A stretch of DNA of 64,000 nt from a virus. Location: positions 1 to 64,000 of IMG/VR virus record IMGVR_UViG_3300024312_000003; one strand, written 5' to 3'. The position numbers were made by a program, and so were the translations under genes. This document shows positions 36,731 to 46,938 of this stretch, piece by piece. The notes beneath the pieces were generated by a model, which worked only from the letters and a program-made list of their open reading frames with translations, had not been told where the DNA came from and searched no databases. Position 1 is the stretch's first letter. Each line of letters starts with the position of its first letter.

Positions 36731-38923
36731 TCAATAATTCCATATATCTTTTAACATAGACTTATTCTGATCAGTCATGCTTAGATAAAGGTCAACTCCT
36801 GGCACAGGTTCTATTTGAACATCGCCAGTATTTATGACAGGATTTACAGATCTTACATCGAGGGATAGTGCTTGTCGATAAATGTATGCGGTTATAGAAT
36901 CAGAAACCAAAGGCTCTGATGTTAACTCATAGTTTATCGTCTTATTAACGCGTATACCAACATTCATGTCAAATTCTTTCGAACCAAGCTCGAAAGATTG
37001 TTTATCGTTGATTGTGGTTTTAGTATTTTCCACATCTAAGACATTGACAATTTTATTTTGCTGATCCATTGTTTGTTCAAAGTTATCTAACCTGAGAACA
37101 TTACAAGGAGCATCCATTATTGGTGTTGCATTGACAATAACAGAATACTGAGTTGAATAACTGCCTAACTGTTCCATGAGTTTTATCATGGCTGCTTGAA
37201 TCTGTCTTAATCCAATCTCATCTTCTAAAGAACCACCTATTGCTTTCTTTAGTATTTCTTTATACAGATTCTCTAAGTCGCCATTGCTGTAGCTAGAAAT
37301 ATCTATATTCTGCTGAGAGAACCATTGCGCGTATGTTTGCCCAGCTGTGCCTAATTGGATAACTGAGTTACTCCAGCACCTAGACATCATTGCTATTTTT
37401 TGTCCTCTGGCTTCTGACTTCTGCTCAGCAACTACCATGTAGTATTGTTTAAGAGCTGCTTTGTGTAACTTCACACACCATCTTCTAAAAGCAAGTGTCG
37501 TGACGTATTGTTCGTTAGGCGGTAATTCCGATAATAGAGATTGTGCAAAATCAGAACTAACTCTTTTACTATCCACAACAGACATTAAATCAGAGACTCC
37601 GGGTCTTGGTAGTCTGAGTACTCTTTTTGCAATGATTTTCGGCAGATGTGTTAGTTCTATACCTATTGTTTTGTAATAGGCATATATGAATAATTCTAAC
37701 GCTCTATTTGCTCTGATGGTTAGTACTTCAGCAGTGGATGGCATTTCAATAGGTAAAAAAGTCCTATACAAACCAGTACCGCTTAAATGGAACCATTGAT
37801 TCAACAATGTGTCTGCAAGAGTATAGTGTTCACTTCCAGCATAATCAATCATTGTAGATTCTACTAACTTAGTCCTAAGACTGTTAGATAGTGAATTCTG
37901 CATTGTCTTAATTATCTTTGGCTCATACTCTTCTCTGTACTTAATGTTATCTCTTGCCAAGCTGTCTTCTTTATTAAGTACTTCTTCAAGAGTAAACAAA
38001 TTCTTAGAATCAAAATTGTTTCTTGTATTCAGAGGATTCTTTCTGAACTTAACAATTGGTCTAAGTTGAGTAGGTTGATCTGTTAAATCGTGCTTCATCT
38101 TGTATTCTGCCAGAGGAATGCCTCTTACAGTTAACAAGTTATCCATCAACCAATGAAACACAGCGTTCTTACCATTATTTCTAGCAATGTAAGCTATATT
38201 TCTATAAAGAAACAACTGCTGTTTTCTACTCATATACGGAATATACCCATCAAGCATTCCGTGACTGGCTAAATATTGTTTGAGGTGGTAAGAGTGTACT
38301 TCGTTCGTTTTACAAGCTTTTAAACGAAAATTAATGATTGCTGGTACTAAATTCAAAAACAAATTACCCAGCATTGTAGCTGTGTATAAATTGTCTGACA
38401 GCTTGAATTGTATGTTATCCCATCTACCAAGATAATCATATATCCAATTTTGAATCTTACCAATTAGAGAATATTCGTGTTCTTCAATTAGATTTGGTGG
38501 ATACGAAAGTATTGTTCCAGGCCGAGATTCTATGGCGTATCCTATGTCGCAAGGATAAAGAATGCCTAAAATCAATCTTTCCTGGTCAGGATATCGACTT
38601 ATGAGTTCTTTATAGTTTCTAGTTCCATATTGATAAGCAGAGGCCGTACCAGTATGGATCTGTAAATTAGCTTTAGAGAAAGTAATTGTCTCTAAGGTGT
38701 CCAAAGAAACAACAGTCATCGGAGTGTCTTCAGAATGATATTCCCCTGAAACATTTAGGTAATACCTCCATGTGGTGGGACTATATTCATCAACAACTTG
38801 ATCACCGTATTTCTCTATCAGTTGTTTATTTAAAGCTATAGCAGTATCGTGGCTCTTTATAACTATCGAAGAAGCCAGCTGTATTATGCTATCAGTGTAA
38901 ATTTGATAATAGTTGTTTTTCAT
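36731..38923 (-). CDS. Virion structural protein (phiKZ gp128-like)
   Basis: 730 aa from ATG 38923 (GGAG RBS); TWRYYLNVSGEYH motif; head-to-head with portal. Confidence 0.65.
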   Translation of the reverse strand: MKNNYYQIYTDSIIQLASSIVIKSHDTAIALNKQLIEKYGDQVVDEYSPTTWRYYLNVSGEYHSEDTPMTVVSLDTLETITFSKANLQIHTGTASAYQYGTRNYKELISRYPDQERLILGILYPCDIGYAIESRPGTILSYPPNLIEEHEYSLIGKIQNWIYDYLGRWDNIQFKLSDNLYTATMLGNLFLNLVPAIINFRLKACKTNEVHSYHLKQYLASHGMLDGYIPYMSRKQQLFLYRNIAYIARNNGKNAVFHWLMDNLLTVRGIPLAEYKMKHDLTDQPTQLRPIVKFRKNPLNTRNNFDSKNLFTLEEVLNKEDSLARDNIKYREEYEPKIIKTMQNSLSNSLRTKLVESTMIDYAGSEHYTLADTLLNQWFHLSGTGLYRTFLPIEMPSTAEVLTIRANRALELFIYAYYKTIGIELTHLPKIIAKRVLRLPRPGVSDLMSVVDSKRVSSDFAQSLLSELPPNEQYVTTLAFRRWCVKLHKAALKQYYMVVAEQKSEARGQKIAMMSRCWSNSVIQLGTAGQTYAQWFSQQNIDISSYSNGDLENLYKEILKKAIGGSLEDEIGLRQIQAAMIKLMEQLGSYSTQYSVIVNATPIMDAPCNVLRLDNFEQTMDQQNKIVNVLDVENTKTTINDKQSFELGSKEFDMNVGIRVNKTINYELTSEPLVSDSITAYIYRQALSLDVRSVNPVINTGDVQIEPVPGVDLYLSMTDQNKSMLKDIWNY

Positions 38924-38955
38924 CTCGATTATACTCCAAAGGAGTTTTTTCAATC

Positions 38956-41793
38956 ATGAGTAAAGATAAAGTAATCAGTCTTTCTTCTTCAGCTGGTGCT
39001 AATTCGTACCCGGCTTTGAATGTATTGACAAACAATCATGAACTTGCTGCTTTGGTTAGTAAATTGGTGGAACCAGTTAGAAAACCAACAAGAGACAGAC
39101 AAGGTAATGTCATTGGTAACGGTACCAGTGGTGCTGAGTTGCAAAAGATATCTTTGGATAAAGCCAGAGATATAACTGATGCACAATCGATCATTCAACT
39201 CCTACCAGATATGGAGTTGTCGATTCAGATCTTAATCAGCTCAATCATGTCACCAAAAGACATGATGACTGGTGAGCTAACTTTCTCTGGTCCTGAATCC
39301 ATATTGACAACTAAGTCATCATCAGCCATAACAAATTTGATCAGACAACATTTTGATCAGTCCTATAAAATAAAGCAACAGCTACCTAACATACTAAAGA
39401 ACGTCTTGTTTGAAAGAGGTTCGCACGTATTGACCGTTATTCCTGAAAACAGTGTGGATGAATTGATTAATAGAAATCAAACCATCACCATGGAAGACTT
39501 GAATCAAACTAGAATTTATGATTCAAATGGAATTGTCAATAATTTAGGAATCTTAGGTAAAAGAGAAGTAGATTCTAGTTCTCAAAAATTTATCGGGATT
39601 GCTAATGAAAATTTTAGCGATATAAATCCATCTTCCGGTTCCGGCGAATTTTTAGTAATGGAAGACAGTAGTGAAAAGATAGAAATCAGATCTTGCCTAA
39701 TTACTGATAACATCAATATTCTTCGTTTACCATTTATTGCTGACAAACTAAGAAGTCAGAAGATAAATAGATACGCAAAGAATGCCGGTTTGGAAAATAT
39801 CAGCACCAGTACATTAGAAGTTGGTAGGTTGGTAAAAAGTAAAGATAACAAAGATAATCCTTTTAAGGATTTGACCGCAGGCAAGATTCAATCTATTCTC
39901 TATAAACAAAGTCCAAATAGATTTACCCCGATCATTCGATTAAAGGGAGATTCTGAACTTAAGAGAAGATCGATTGGTGCTCCATTGGTGATGGAGCTTC
40001 CTTCTGAATCTGTTATTCCTGTTTTTACTCCAGGTAATAAAAACAGACACGTTGGTTATTTTGTTCTTATTGATAACAACGGAAATCCCGTTTGTAAAGA
40101 TAACACAATCGATTATTACAAACAACTTGAAGACCGTTTTAGTGGCAGTACAACTACGTCAGGTAATAATCAAGCCAGTAAAATAATTGAAATGGTCAAG
40201 AGAGGAATGGGGGCTACAACAGGAACCCACATGAATCGAGACCACGTTGATGCCATGGCTAAAGTCTTTGAAGACATGATCGAAAAAGATCTTATAGCAA
40301 GACTTAAGAACGGTATATATACCAACGGTGTAGAAATAGGTAGTAATGCTGAAGTTGCACGCATTATGATGTCTAGAGTTCTGGCAGGTCAAAATACTCA
40401 ATTATTGTTCATTCCATCAGAGATGATGACGTACTTTGCTTTGAAGTATGATGAGAACGGTATGGGTAAGAGCATGCTCGACGACATGAAGATTTTAAAT
40501 AGTCTTCGAGTTGTTCTGATGTTCTCGAATATCATGGCCAGTATTAGAAACTCTATCGGCAAGACCAACGTTAACATCAAATTAGACGAAGACGATCCTG
40601 ATCCGCAAAAAACCGTAGACATGATGATGGATGCGGTAATGAAATCTAGATCTAATTCGTTCCCAGTTGGTAGTAGTAATCCGGCAGACATAGTCAATTA
40701 TCTGCAAAGAGCAGGTATAAGTTTTACATATGAAGGTCATCCAGGTTGGCCAGATGTCAAGGCAGACATAACTGAGGCTGGTTTGTCATCAATTAAACCC
40801 GATAATGAACTTGATGAGATGCTTAGAAATAGAAGCATCCAGGCAACGGGTGTTACTCCGGAAATGGTTGATGCTGGCAGCGGTGCTGAATTTGCAACGA
40901 GCGTTGCAAATAATCATATTCTTCTGTCTAGACGAGTTCTTCAGATTCAGGAAATGATTGAGCCTGAGTTAAGTTCTCATGCTAGGAAGATATTCTACGC
41001 CACTCCTTCGCTTGTTGAGGAAGCTAAAAATATCATCAAAGAAGATTTTGCTAACAACGTTTCAAAACTTTCTGAAGACGAGAAGAAAATTTTCGAAGGA
41101 CCCGAAGCTAAAGATCAATTAATTGATTTGATGTTAGATCAATTCATCAATGGAATTGAGCTGAAGTTCCCAAGACCGAACTCTGTAACGATGGAGAATC
41201 AAAAAGATTCTTTAGAGCAATACGTTGATTTGCTTGATAAGGCTTTGGAGTTTGTTATTTCTCCAGAATTTATGAATCAAGATATGATTGGAGATACATC
41301 CACATCAATTGATTCGATTAAGAATTCTGTAAAAGCCTATATGGTTAGAAAGTACATGATTGAAAATGGCATTCTTCCAGAACTAGGTGAACTAACAGCA
41401 CTGGACGAATTCGGTAAACCAAAATCAGACATCTGGCAAGAACAAGAGGATCACTATAGAACTCTTGTTAATAATTTGCAAGATTTCTTAAAGAAAAGAG
41501 TCCCAGATAAAACGACCTCTGATTCTGAACTAGAAGCTAATGGCATACAGTTATCTGGATCTTCTGGAGGTGGTTCGGATTGGAATTCTTCATCATCTAA
41601 TGACAATTCTGATAATGGATCGTCAGGCGGGAATGATTTTGGAATTGACAGTGGTATGGATGAATTAACTTCAGACCAACCTGTAAGTGATGATTCCACA
41701 GTCACTCCTGAAGCTGATTCCGATAGTGAAGCTAAGTCTTCGGCTGATGGTGATCAATCTAATAATCCCAGTCAGGACGAAACTGCATCTTAA
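38956..41793 (+). CDS. Portal protein (phiKZ gp129-like); strand corrected to +
   Basis: ATGAGTAAAGAT reads on + at 38956. IIQLLPDMELSIQILISSIMSP and IDEDDPDP-like motifs; acidic disordered C-terminal tail. Confidence 0.75.
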   Translation: MSKDKVISLSSSAGANSYPALNVLTNNHELAALVSKLVEPVRKPTRDRQGNVIGNGTSGAELQKISLDKARDITDAQSIIQLLPDMELSIQILISSIMSPKDMMTGELTFSGPESILTTKSSSAITNLIRQHFDQSYKIKQQLPNILKNVLFERGSHVLTVIPENSVDELINRNQTITMEDLNQTRIYDSNGIVNNLGILGKREVDSSSQKFIGIANENFSDINPSSGSGEFLVMEDSSEKIEIRSCLITDNINILRLPFIADKLRSQKINRYAKNAGLENISTSTLEVGRLVKSKDNKDNPFKDLTAGKIQSILYKQSPNRFTPIIRLKGDSELKRRSIGAPLVMELPSESVIPVFTPGNKNRHVGYFVLIDNNGNPVCKDNTIDYYKQLEDRFSGSTTTSGNNQASKIIEMVKRGMGATTGTHMNRDHVDAMAKVFEDMIEKDLIARLKNGIYTNGVEIGSNAEVARIMMSRVLAGQNTQLLFIPSEMMTYFALKYDENGMGKSMLDDMKILNSLRVVLMFSNIMASIRNSIGKTNVNIKLDEDDPDPQKTVDMMMDAVMKSRSNSFPVGSSNPADIVNYLQRAGISFTYEGHPGWPDVKADITEAGLSSIKPDNELDEMLRNRSIQATGVTPEMVDAGSGAEFATSVANNHILLSRRVLQIQEMIEPELSSHARKIFYATPSLVEEAKNIIKEDFANNVSKLSEDEKKIFEGPEAKDQLIDLMLDQFINGIELKFPRPNSVTMENQKDSLEQYVDLLDKALEFVISPEFMNQDMIGDTSTSIDSIKNSVKAYMVRKYMIENGILPELGELTALDEFGKPKSDIWQEQEDHYRTLVNNLQDFLKKRVPDKTTSDSELEANGIQLSGSSGGGSDWNSSSSNDNSDNGSSGGNDFGIDSGMDELTSDQPVSDDSTVTPEADSDSEAKSSADGDQSNNPSQDETAS

Positions 41794-41811
41794 ACAAAAA
41801 AAAATAAGTAA

Positions 41812-41855
41812 GACATATACAGGATAGACCTTAGTGGTCTATCCTGTAATATGCC
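41812..41855. terminator. Bidirectional terminator hairpin
   Basis: TACAGGATAGACC-TTAGT-GGTCTATCCTGTA with an outer CATA/TATG shell; A9 at 41796-41804. Confidence 0.85.
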
Positions 41856-41863
41856 GTTGTTGA

Positions 41864-43957
41864 TTAAGATTCCAGTCGAGCAATGATCAGGTCTTTATTC
41901 AAAGCCCCAACCACAATTTCGATCTTAACCTTATCGCGAGTCACAATGTAATTTGCTTTATTCAGCTCCACATGCTGGGCGTTATTCTTAAGAATATCAC
42001 TAGCAATAGAATACAGTGCAGGAGTCAACTCAGGAGTCAACATCGAGACTTTGTTCGGGAAAGAAATGTTCAAATCACAAGCATTCAGATTGATGTGCGT
42101 CAGAGATACAGAGTGAGTCAAGCTCACAATGCAATCTGCTTTCAGCAAATCCAAATCTTCTTTACCAGTGATGTTCGCGATGATTTGATAAAGTTCAGCC
42201 CGATCAGAAAGACTAATGGTCTTAGTGATGATGTCGTCTTCAGAGAACTTCAGAGTTTCAGCAATTCGATGACCGTGTCGTTTACGCAATTCGGCATCAA
42301 GCACCATGGCGTCATCAACAAAGTCATCAATCTTAAGAGTCAGCATCATTTCTGTACTAAGGAAATGATTGACTGCTTCCGTCAACTTAGTGTTAACGAT
42401 GTTGTAGATTTGACTGAAATCCTTACTATCATGCATCTTAAGAACGTCCACCGCTTTCTCAAACGTTGTGGCGTTTGCAATAGCGTTGACGAACTCACCA
42501 TACTTCTTCGCAAGTTCAATTGAACCTTCAGTATCGCAAGCGCCGTTCTCATCAAAGTATTGTGCTGCGATTGGTGTGTGAATTTGGAAAGTAGTCATTG
42601 CTGCAGAGTCAATATCGTCGAGCTTGCCAGCAAAAATACTTTCGATTCGAGATTCATAAATAGAACTATCTTCACTCACCGTAACCGGAATGCTATCTGA
42701 GAATGACAGTTTAAACTTAGTCAGTTCTGGCTCCGGCATGTTCACGATCTTCTCCTTTTCAACTTCACTCTTATTACTTGGAATGAAACGACTGGTATTT
42801 CGATGTGTTCGACCAATCGCGTGCTTGTCTGGGTCCACAGTATCTCCTTCTCTGATCTTCTTTAGAACAACAATCACGTTATTCTCATCATCAACTTTCA
42901 TGTATGGACGATGAGTTTTAGGGTTGTATGCTGGAATATATGGTTGCTTATCGGTGGGTTTCCATTTAAGCTCGCCAAATTCATACAGCTTATTTTTATC
43001 GATCACACTTGTCTTGGTAATCTCACTGGCAACAGGTTGTTGGACCTGTTGATTTTGAGAAGACATTGGTTGCTGATTAAAGTTATGATCGGGTAGATCA
43101 ACAGCACTTACCGAGGAACTGGCAACTCCAACGATCGCATCCGAATTAAACGACTTATTCGATTGCCTCCAACCACCAGATTGCGCCGGTTGCTGAACTT
43201 GATCATTGGTAGGCAGACTCCAACGAGACGGTTTATCGGTGGTTGCGTTATTGCTAAACCGATTAGGGATCGTCTGTTGCTGCGATTGAGTCTGACGAGG
43301 AGGATGGTCCCAGCGAGTGTTAACAGGCGAATCCATGGTCTTTTGAGGCTGCGAGAAAGGGCTATTCTGCTGCATCGCATTCCATCGTGCCGGTTGGGTT
43401 TGTTGCATACCCATGCCTTGCATTCCACCCATCATCATGCCGCCACCCATTGACATAGTGCCTCTGGATTGGTTCTGGGCATTCTGAATCTGTTGTTGCA
43501 GATACGACATTGATCCAGCTGCTTTATTCGCTTCCTGAATCTGTTGTGGATTCAAGTATTGACCAAGAGCCTGATAGTTAAAAAGAGCAGCCGAAGCAAA
43601 CCCTTGACAACATGTCGCTACTGCTTGACCAATCGCACTATTAACAGCAGTACCACCCTGCATTACTAGCAAAGTAGCTACATCACCAATCATCTGTACC
43701 AATTCGGCAAATTGTTGATTGTTGAAATGATTCTGCCCAAACATGTTGTACATGAACATTCTCAGAGGATTCTTACCGGCGTTAGCCTGAATCTCCGAGA
43801 TGGCACAAGTTGTAATGTACGGAAGGTATTCAGCCATACCAGGATGAAGACCAACTTGCGGGAGAAAGTGTGGATTACCCGATACAACTTGAATTGGTTG
43901 CATCATCATCCGAGTTGGATCTACGGGTAGTTGCATTTGGTTTGTCTGAAAATTCAT
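41864..43957 (-). CDS. Conserved phiKZ-like protein (gp124-like position) with a Q/M/G-rich low-complexity region
   Basis: 697 aa from ATG 43957 (AAGGA RBS). Confidence 0.7.
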   Translation of the reverse strand: MNFQTNQMQLPVDPTRMMMQPIQVVSGNPHFLPQVGLHPGMAEYLPYITTCAISEIQANAGKNPLRMFMYNMFGQNHFNNQQFAELVQMIGDVATLLVMQGGTAVNSAIGQAVATCCQGFASAALFNYQALGQYLNPQQIQEANKAAGSMSYLQQQIQNAQNQSRGTMSMGGGMMMGGMQGMGMQQTQPARWNAMQQNSPFSQPQKTMDSPVNTRWDHPPRQTQSQQQTIPNRFSNNATTDKPSRWSLPTNDQVQQPAQSGGWRQSNKSFNSDAIVGVASSSVSAVDLPDHNFNQQPMSSQNQQVQQPVASEITKTSVIDKNKLYEFGELKWKPTDKQPYIPAYNPKTHRPYMKVDDENNVIVVLKKIREGDTVDPDKHAIGRTHRNTSRFIPSNKSEVEKEKIVNMPEPELTKFKLSFSDSIPVTVSEDSSIYESRIESIFAGKLDDIDSAAMTTFQIHTPIAAQYFDENGACDTEGSIELAKKYGEFVNAIANATTFEKAVDVLKMHDSKDFSQIYNIVNTKLTEAVNHFLSTEMMLTLKIDDFVDDAMVLDAELRKRHGHRIAETLKFSEDDIITKTISLSDRAELYQIIANITGKEDLDLLKADCIVSLTHSVSLTHINLNACDLNISFPNKVSMLTPELTPALYSIASDILKNNAQHVELNKANYIVTRDKVKIEIVVGALNKDLIIARLES

Positions 43958-43981
43958 TGTGTTTCCTTTAATAGCCAAATC

Positions 43982-45619
43982 TTAAGAATCTAGATTCTTT
44001 TGAATGGCGTCCAGCATATCTTTAGTCTTAGGATTGCGAACAATAACACCCTTCTCATCTGTCATGCAGTGGAAGTTAATGCGTTCTCGTCCAGTCGGGC
44101 CACTCTTAGGCATACCGCTATATGCTGCTACTTCAGCAATAGAAACATGCAGTGCTTTACTTGGGTCTTGGATGGCTGCTCGATCATTATTCTTGCCTCG
44201 TCCTCTTCCAGAAGAATTAGACTGGGGAACAAGTGTAGAAGTTATCTTAAAGGTTTTGTTATCACCAGAATAACTGCTACTTGATACGACGCCTGAATCT
44301 TTAATCAGACTGTAAATCAAACCAGTTTTCAAATACTTACCGATGATGTTATCACATTCCTTATCAGTCAATCCCTTCTTCGCTGCAGACTTAAGTTTGT
44401 AGTGAATAAGGAAGAACGATTTAATGATGGAATAAGTGACGTGATACAGAACGTTTAGCTCTTTATCATACATCGTGTTGATCTTCGTTCGATAGTTCAA
44501 CAACCAATCGTTAAAATTATTGATGATGAATGCCAGGAACTCATAGAAGTCGTTTACAACGATTCCGATCTCACGCATTCTCTCAATCATGATTGGATCA
44601 ATGTATTCATCGAGAGATTCGATGTGATTCTTCATGTCGTCATAGATTCTACCATGATTGGTATCTCCAGAGAACAACATCAGACCCATCATCAACATCC
44701 AGTGCCTTGGATCATCTATGTAGCGAGCACTAATTTGCTGCGGGAAATGATCCGCGACATAATAGAACCCAGCAATAAGAGATCTTACGGTATCTGTGTA
44801 TTTGGTACGAGGAATGACAATGGCAAGATTAGTCGGGGTGTAGAGTGATCTATTGAAATTCTTAGTCGGCTTAATACCGCTACTATTACAGACAACCCAA
44901 TCTTCTTCCGGCCATTCGTTGTAATTGATGTTTTCAACTACAATCGGTTCACAATCAGCGAACTTTTTAAATGTTTCTTTCAGCCCGTATTTACAAAAGA
45001 GGTAATGAACCGCTGTCGTACATGCCGGAACCGCTGGTCGATTTTTTCTGTTGTTAGAATGGTAAATCTGACCATGCACAACAGGCACAATTTCACGCCT
45101 CTCTGGCGTCATATACTCGTAAGTCAATCTCTCGAATGTGAGCTTATCGCGCAACAACCGTGCAAAGATATTTGTTTCTCCAATCGAAATGACTCGATCA
45201 GAGATGACTGGAGATATGTTGAATCGACTGCCGCTGATAACAATGCTACCAGCGTCTGAAACAAATGGCAAATAAACGTATCTTGTTTGAAGTGGTTTTC
45301 CCTGAAATTCAAAGAAAAACTTCATCAAATACAAATCTGACCTGGCTGTCTCGAACGTGCTTCGAGTTTGTTTTTTAAGACCTCTTCGGGTGTTTCTTTT
45401 TCTAACTGCTTCAGCGTACTCTTCTCTAGGCGTACATCGTTCGCAACGAACATAACGCACTCCTTCAGGAAAGTCCTTAGAAGCAATTCTGAAGACATCA
45501 TCAATGTATTTTTCAACATGCTTTAGATGCTTCGTTGCTAATCCATTTGCCAAATCTGGATTAAGCTTAGGAGTATCTTGATCAATTAGGCGAGCCAGTT
45601 CTGGATCGAAGGAAGCCAA
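43982..45619 (-). CDS. rpoB: Non-virion RNA polymerase beta subunit, N-terminal part (phiKZ gp123-like)
   Basis: 545 aa, TTG start with AAGGAG RBS; YVYLPFV...G...ISGSRFNISPV.SDRV and C-terminal HVSIAEV...GRERIN motifs. Confidence 0.8.
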   Translation of the reverse strand: MASFDPELARLIDQDTPKLNPDLANGLATKHLKHVEKYIDDVFRIASKDFPEGVRYVRCERCTPREEYAEAVRKRNTRRGLKKQTRSTFETARSDLYLMKFFFEFQGKPLQTRYVYLPFVSDAGSIVISGSRFNISPVISDRVISIGETNIFARLLRDKLTFERLTYEYMTPERREIVPVVHGQIYHSNNRKNRPAVPACTTAVHYLFCKYGLKETFKKFADCEPIVVENINYNEWPEEDWVVCNSSGIKPTKNFNRSLYTPTNLAIVIPRTKYTDTVRSLIAGFYYVADHFPQQISARYIDDPRHWMLMMGLMLFSGDTNHGRIYDDMKNHIESLDEYIDPIMIERMREIGIVVNDFYEFLAFIINNFNDWLLNYRTKINTMYDKELNVLYHVTYSIIKSFFLIHYKLKSAAKKGLTDKECDNIIGKYLKTGLIYSLIKDSGVVSSSSYSGDNKTFKITSTLVPQSNSSGRGRGKNNDRAAIQDPSKALHVSIAEVAAYSGMPKSGPTGRERINFHCMTDEKGVIVRNPKTKDMLDAIQKNLDS

Positions 45620-45646
45620 CTTGATCTCCTTTGTTAGTGGCTTTAT

Positions 45647-46777
45647 TTATTTTGTTTCCTTACTAAACAAGGAAACAATACCGATGATTCCCAAGATAAT
45701 TGCTGGTACTGACTTAATGAGTTCTGCTGCATTCTTGCGCTCCTGAGACGCGGCTTCATACCGATCTTTTACTCTCATTGTCTCTCGTTCCTGTGCTTCT
45801 CTTTCAAGCTGCATTTTCATTTGATGCATCTTGTTTGCGAAGTCATTAGCCTGTATCTCCATTTGTCTTTCTAAGTTATCTCTTTCCATTGTTGCTTTTT
45901 CCAATGAATTTTCAGATAACTTAAGATCCGCTTCAATCTTAGTGATCTTAGCTTGAAATTCGTTACACTTTAGCTGATCTTCATCTTGCCTGGTGTATCT
46001 AGCTTCATGATAGGCTTTATGGAGCTTAAAATACGGAGGTTCCTGGTCTAGTTCATAACGTTCCGCAAAACGACCAGATTCATCGAGTCTGCCGTTTTGT
46101 GGTTTGTTAGTCCATACATAGATTCCGTCGGTTCGAGTGCTGTCAATTACTGGATCTATCTTTACCACATCGTCACCGATGCGGAGCCATCTAGTTCCAA
46201 TTTTTCCAAAATTATCTACAATATTGATGGAGTAGATAAAATTTCCACCAGTATTGTCAATCACCTCTGATTTTTGTCGATCTAGAAACTTATGTAACTC
46301 TGCTTCTCGACTATATGGGTGAAAGGGTATCGATCTGTGTCCTTTAGTGGATAGCACAAGATCTAAATCAGTTATATAAACCAGTCCTCCAGACTCTACT
46401 AAGTCATTCTCAAATATAACATATTCAAACTGATACTTACCTCTATTTAAATAGCCGGGTTTCTCATGAATGTTATATTCTTTAATTAGATTTAATTCTG
46501 GAGAATTATCGCAAATATGCGAATTTACAAACTCGATTAAGTTTTCTCGAGTCGGATGTGTGAACACATATTCAATTTGAACAACGAATGCATTGTTTGG
46601 CTCCGGTTTAGGAAGGATGTCAAATTTAATTCCATCTCTAGATGCTACTCCGATTGTTTTACATGTACCGTTTCGATATTTAACATGTCGAGATACGGGT
46701 GGTTCAATACGGCTAGAATGGAAATCAACTCCTCCGTTGGTCCATCGCTGAATGCTATTTGCCTGCTTATGTAGCAT
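45647..46777 (-). CDS. Conserved phiKZ-like protein (gp122-like) with coiled coil and C-terminal hydrophobic anchor
   Basis: 376 aa ending in a coiled coil followed by VPAIILGIIGIVSLF. Confidence 0.65.
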   Translation of the reverse strand: MLHKQANSIQRWTNGGVDFHSSRIEPPVSRHVKYRNGTCKTIGVASRDGIKFDILPKPEPNNAFVVQIEYVFTHPTRENLIEFVNSHICDNSPELNLIKEYNIHEKPGYLNRGKYQFEYVIFENDLVESGGLVYITDLDLVLSTKGHRSIPFHPYSREAELHKFLDRQKSEVIDNTGGNFIYSINIVDNFGKIGTRWLRIGDDVVKIDPVIDSTRTDGIYVWTNKPQNGRLDESGRFAERYELDQEPPYFKLHKAYHEARYTRQDEDQLKCNEFQAKITKIEADLKLSENSLEKATMERDNLERQMEIQANDFANKMHQMKMQLEREAQERETMRVKDRYEAASQERKNAAELIKSVPAIILGIIGIVSLFSKETK

Positions 46778-46832
46778 AACGACCTTCCAAGGATGATTCT
46801 AGTTCTGCTGGATATATTTCCAGCTCACGATA

Positions 46833-46840
46833 GTAATATG
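46833..46840 (-). promoter_or_regulatory. Putative early promoter
   Basis: CATATTAC (7/8 match to phiKZ early TATATTAC), about 56 nt upstream of the operon containing the nvRNAP subunit. Confidence 0.45.
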
Positions 46841-46865
46841 TGTCTGTTTATCTTTTCATTTTTAG

Positions 46866-46899
46866 GGCATAAACAGGGAGGCTTAGCCTCCCTGTTTAT
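46866..46899 (-). terminator. Terminator after the major capsid gene
   Basis: ATAAACAGGGAGGC-TTA-GCCTCCCTGTTTAT with a GGCATAAA shell. Confidence 0.85.
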
Positions 46900-46938
46900 T
46901 ATCTCAATAATGGACAGTTACCCATCCATTACTTTTGA

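Noticed and set aside
41520-41790. Acidic Ser/Gly/Asp-rich portal tail as a novel insertion
   Set aside because: As I recall, phiKZ-like portals commonly end in a disordered acidic tail; it contains no repeat unit or frameshift signal.
38956-41793. ORF track lists the portal-like ORF on the minus strand
   Set aside because: ATG AGT AAA GAT reads on + at 38956 and TAA is at 41791-41793; the label is wrong.
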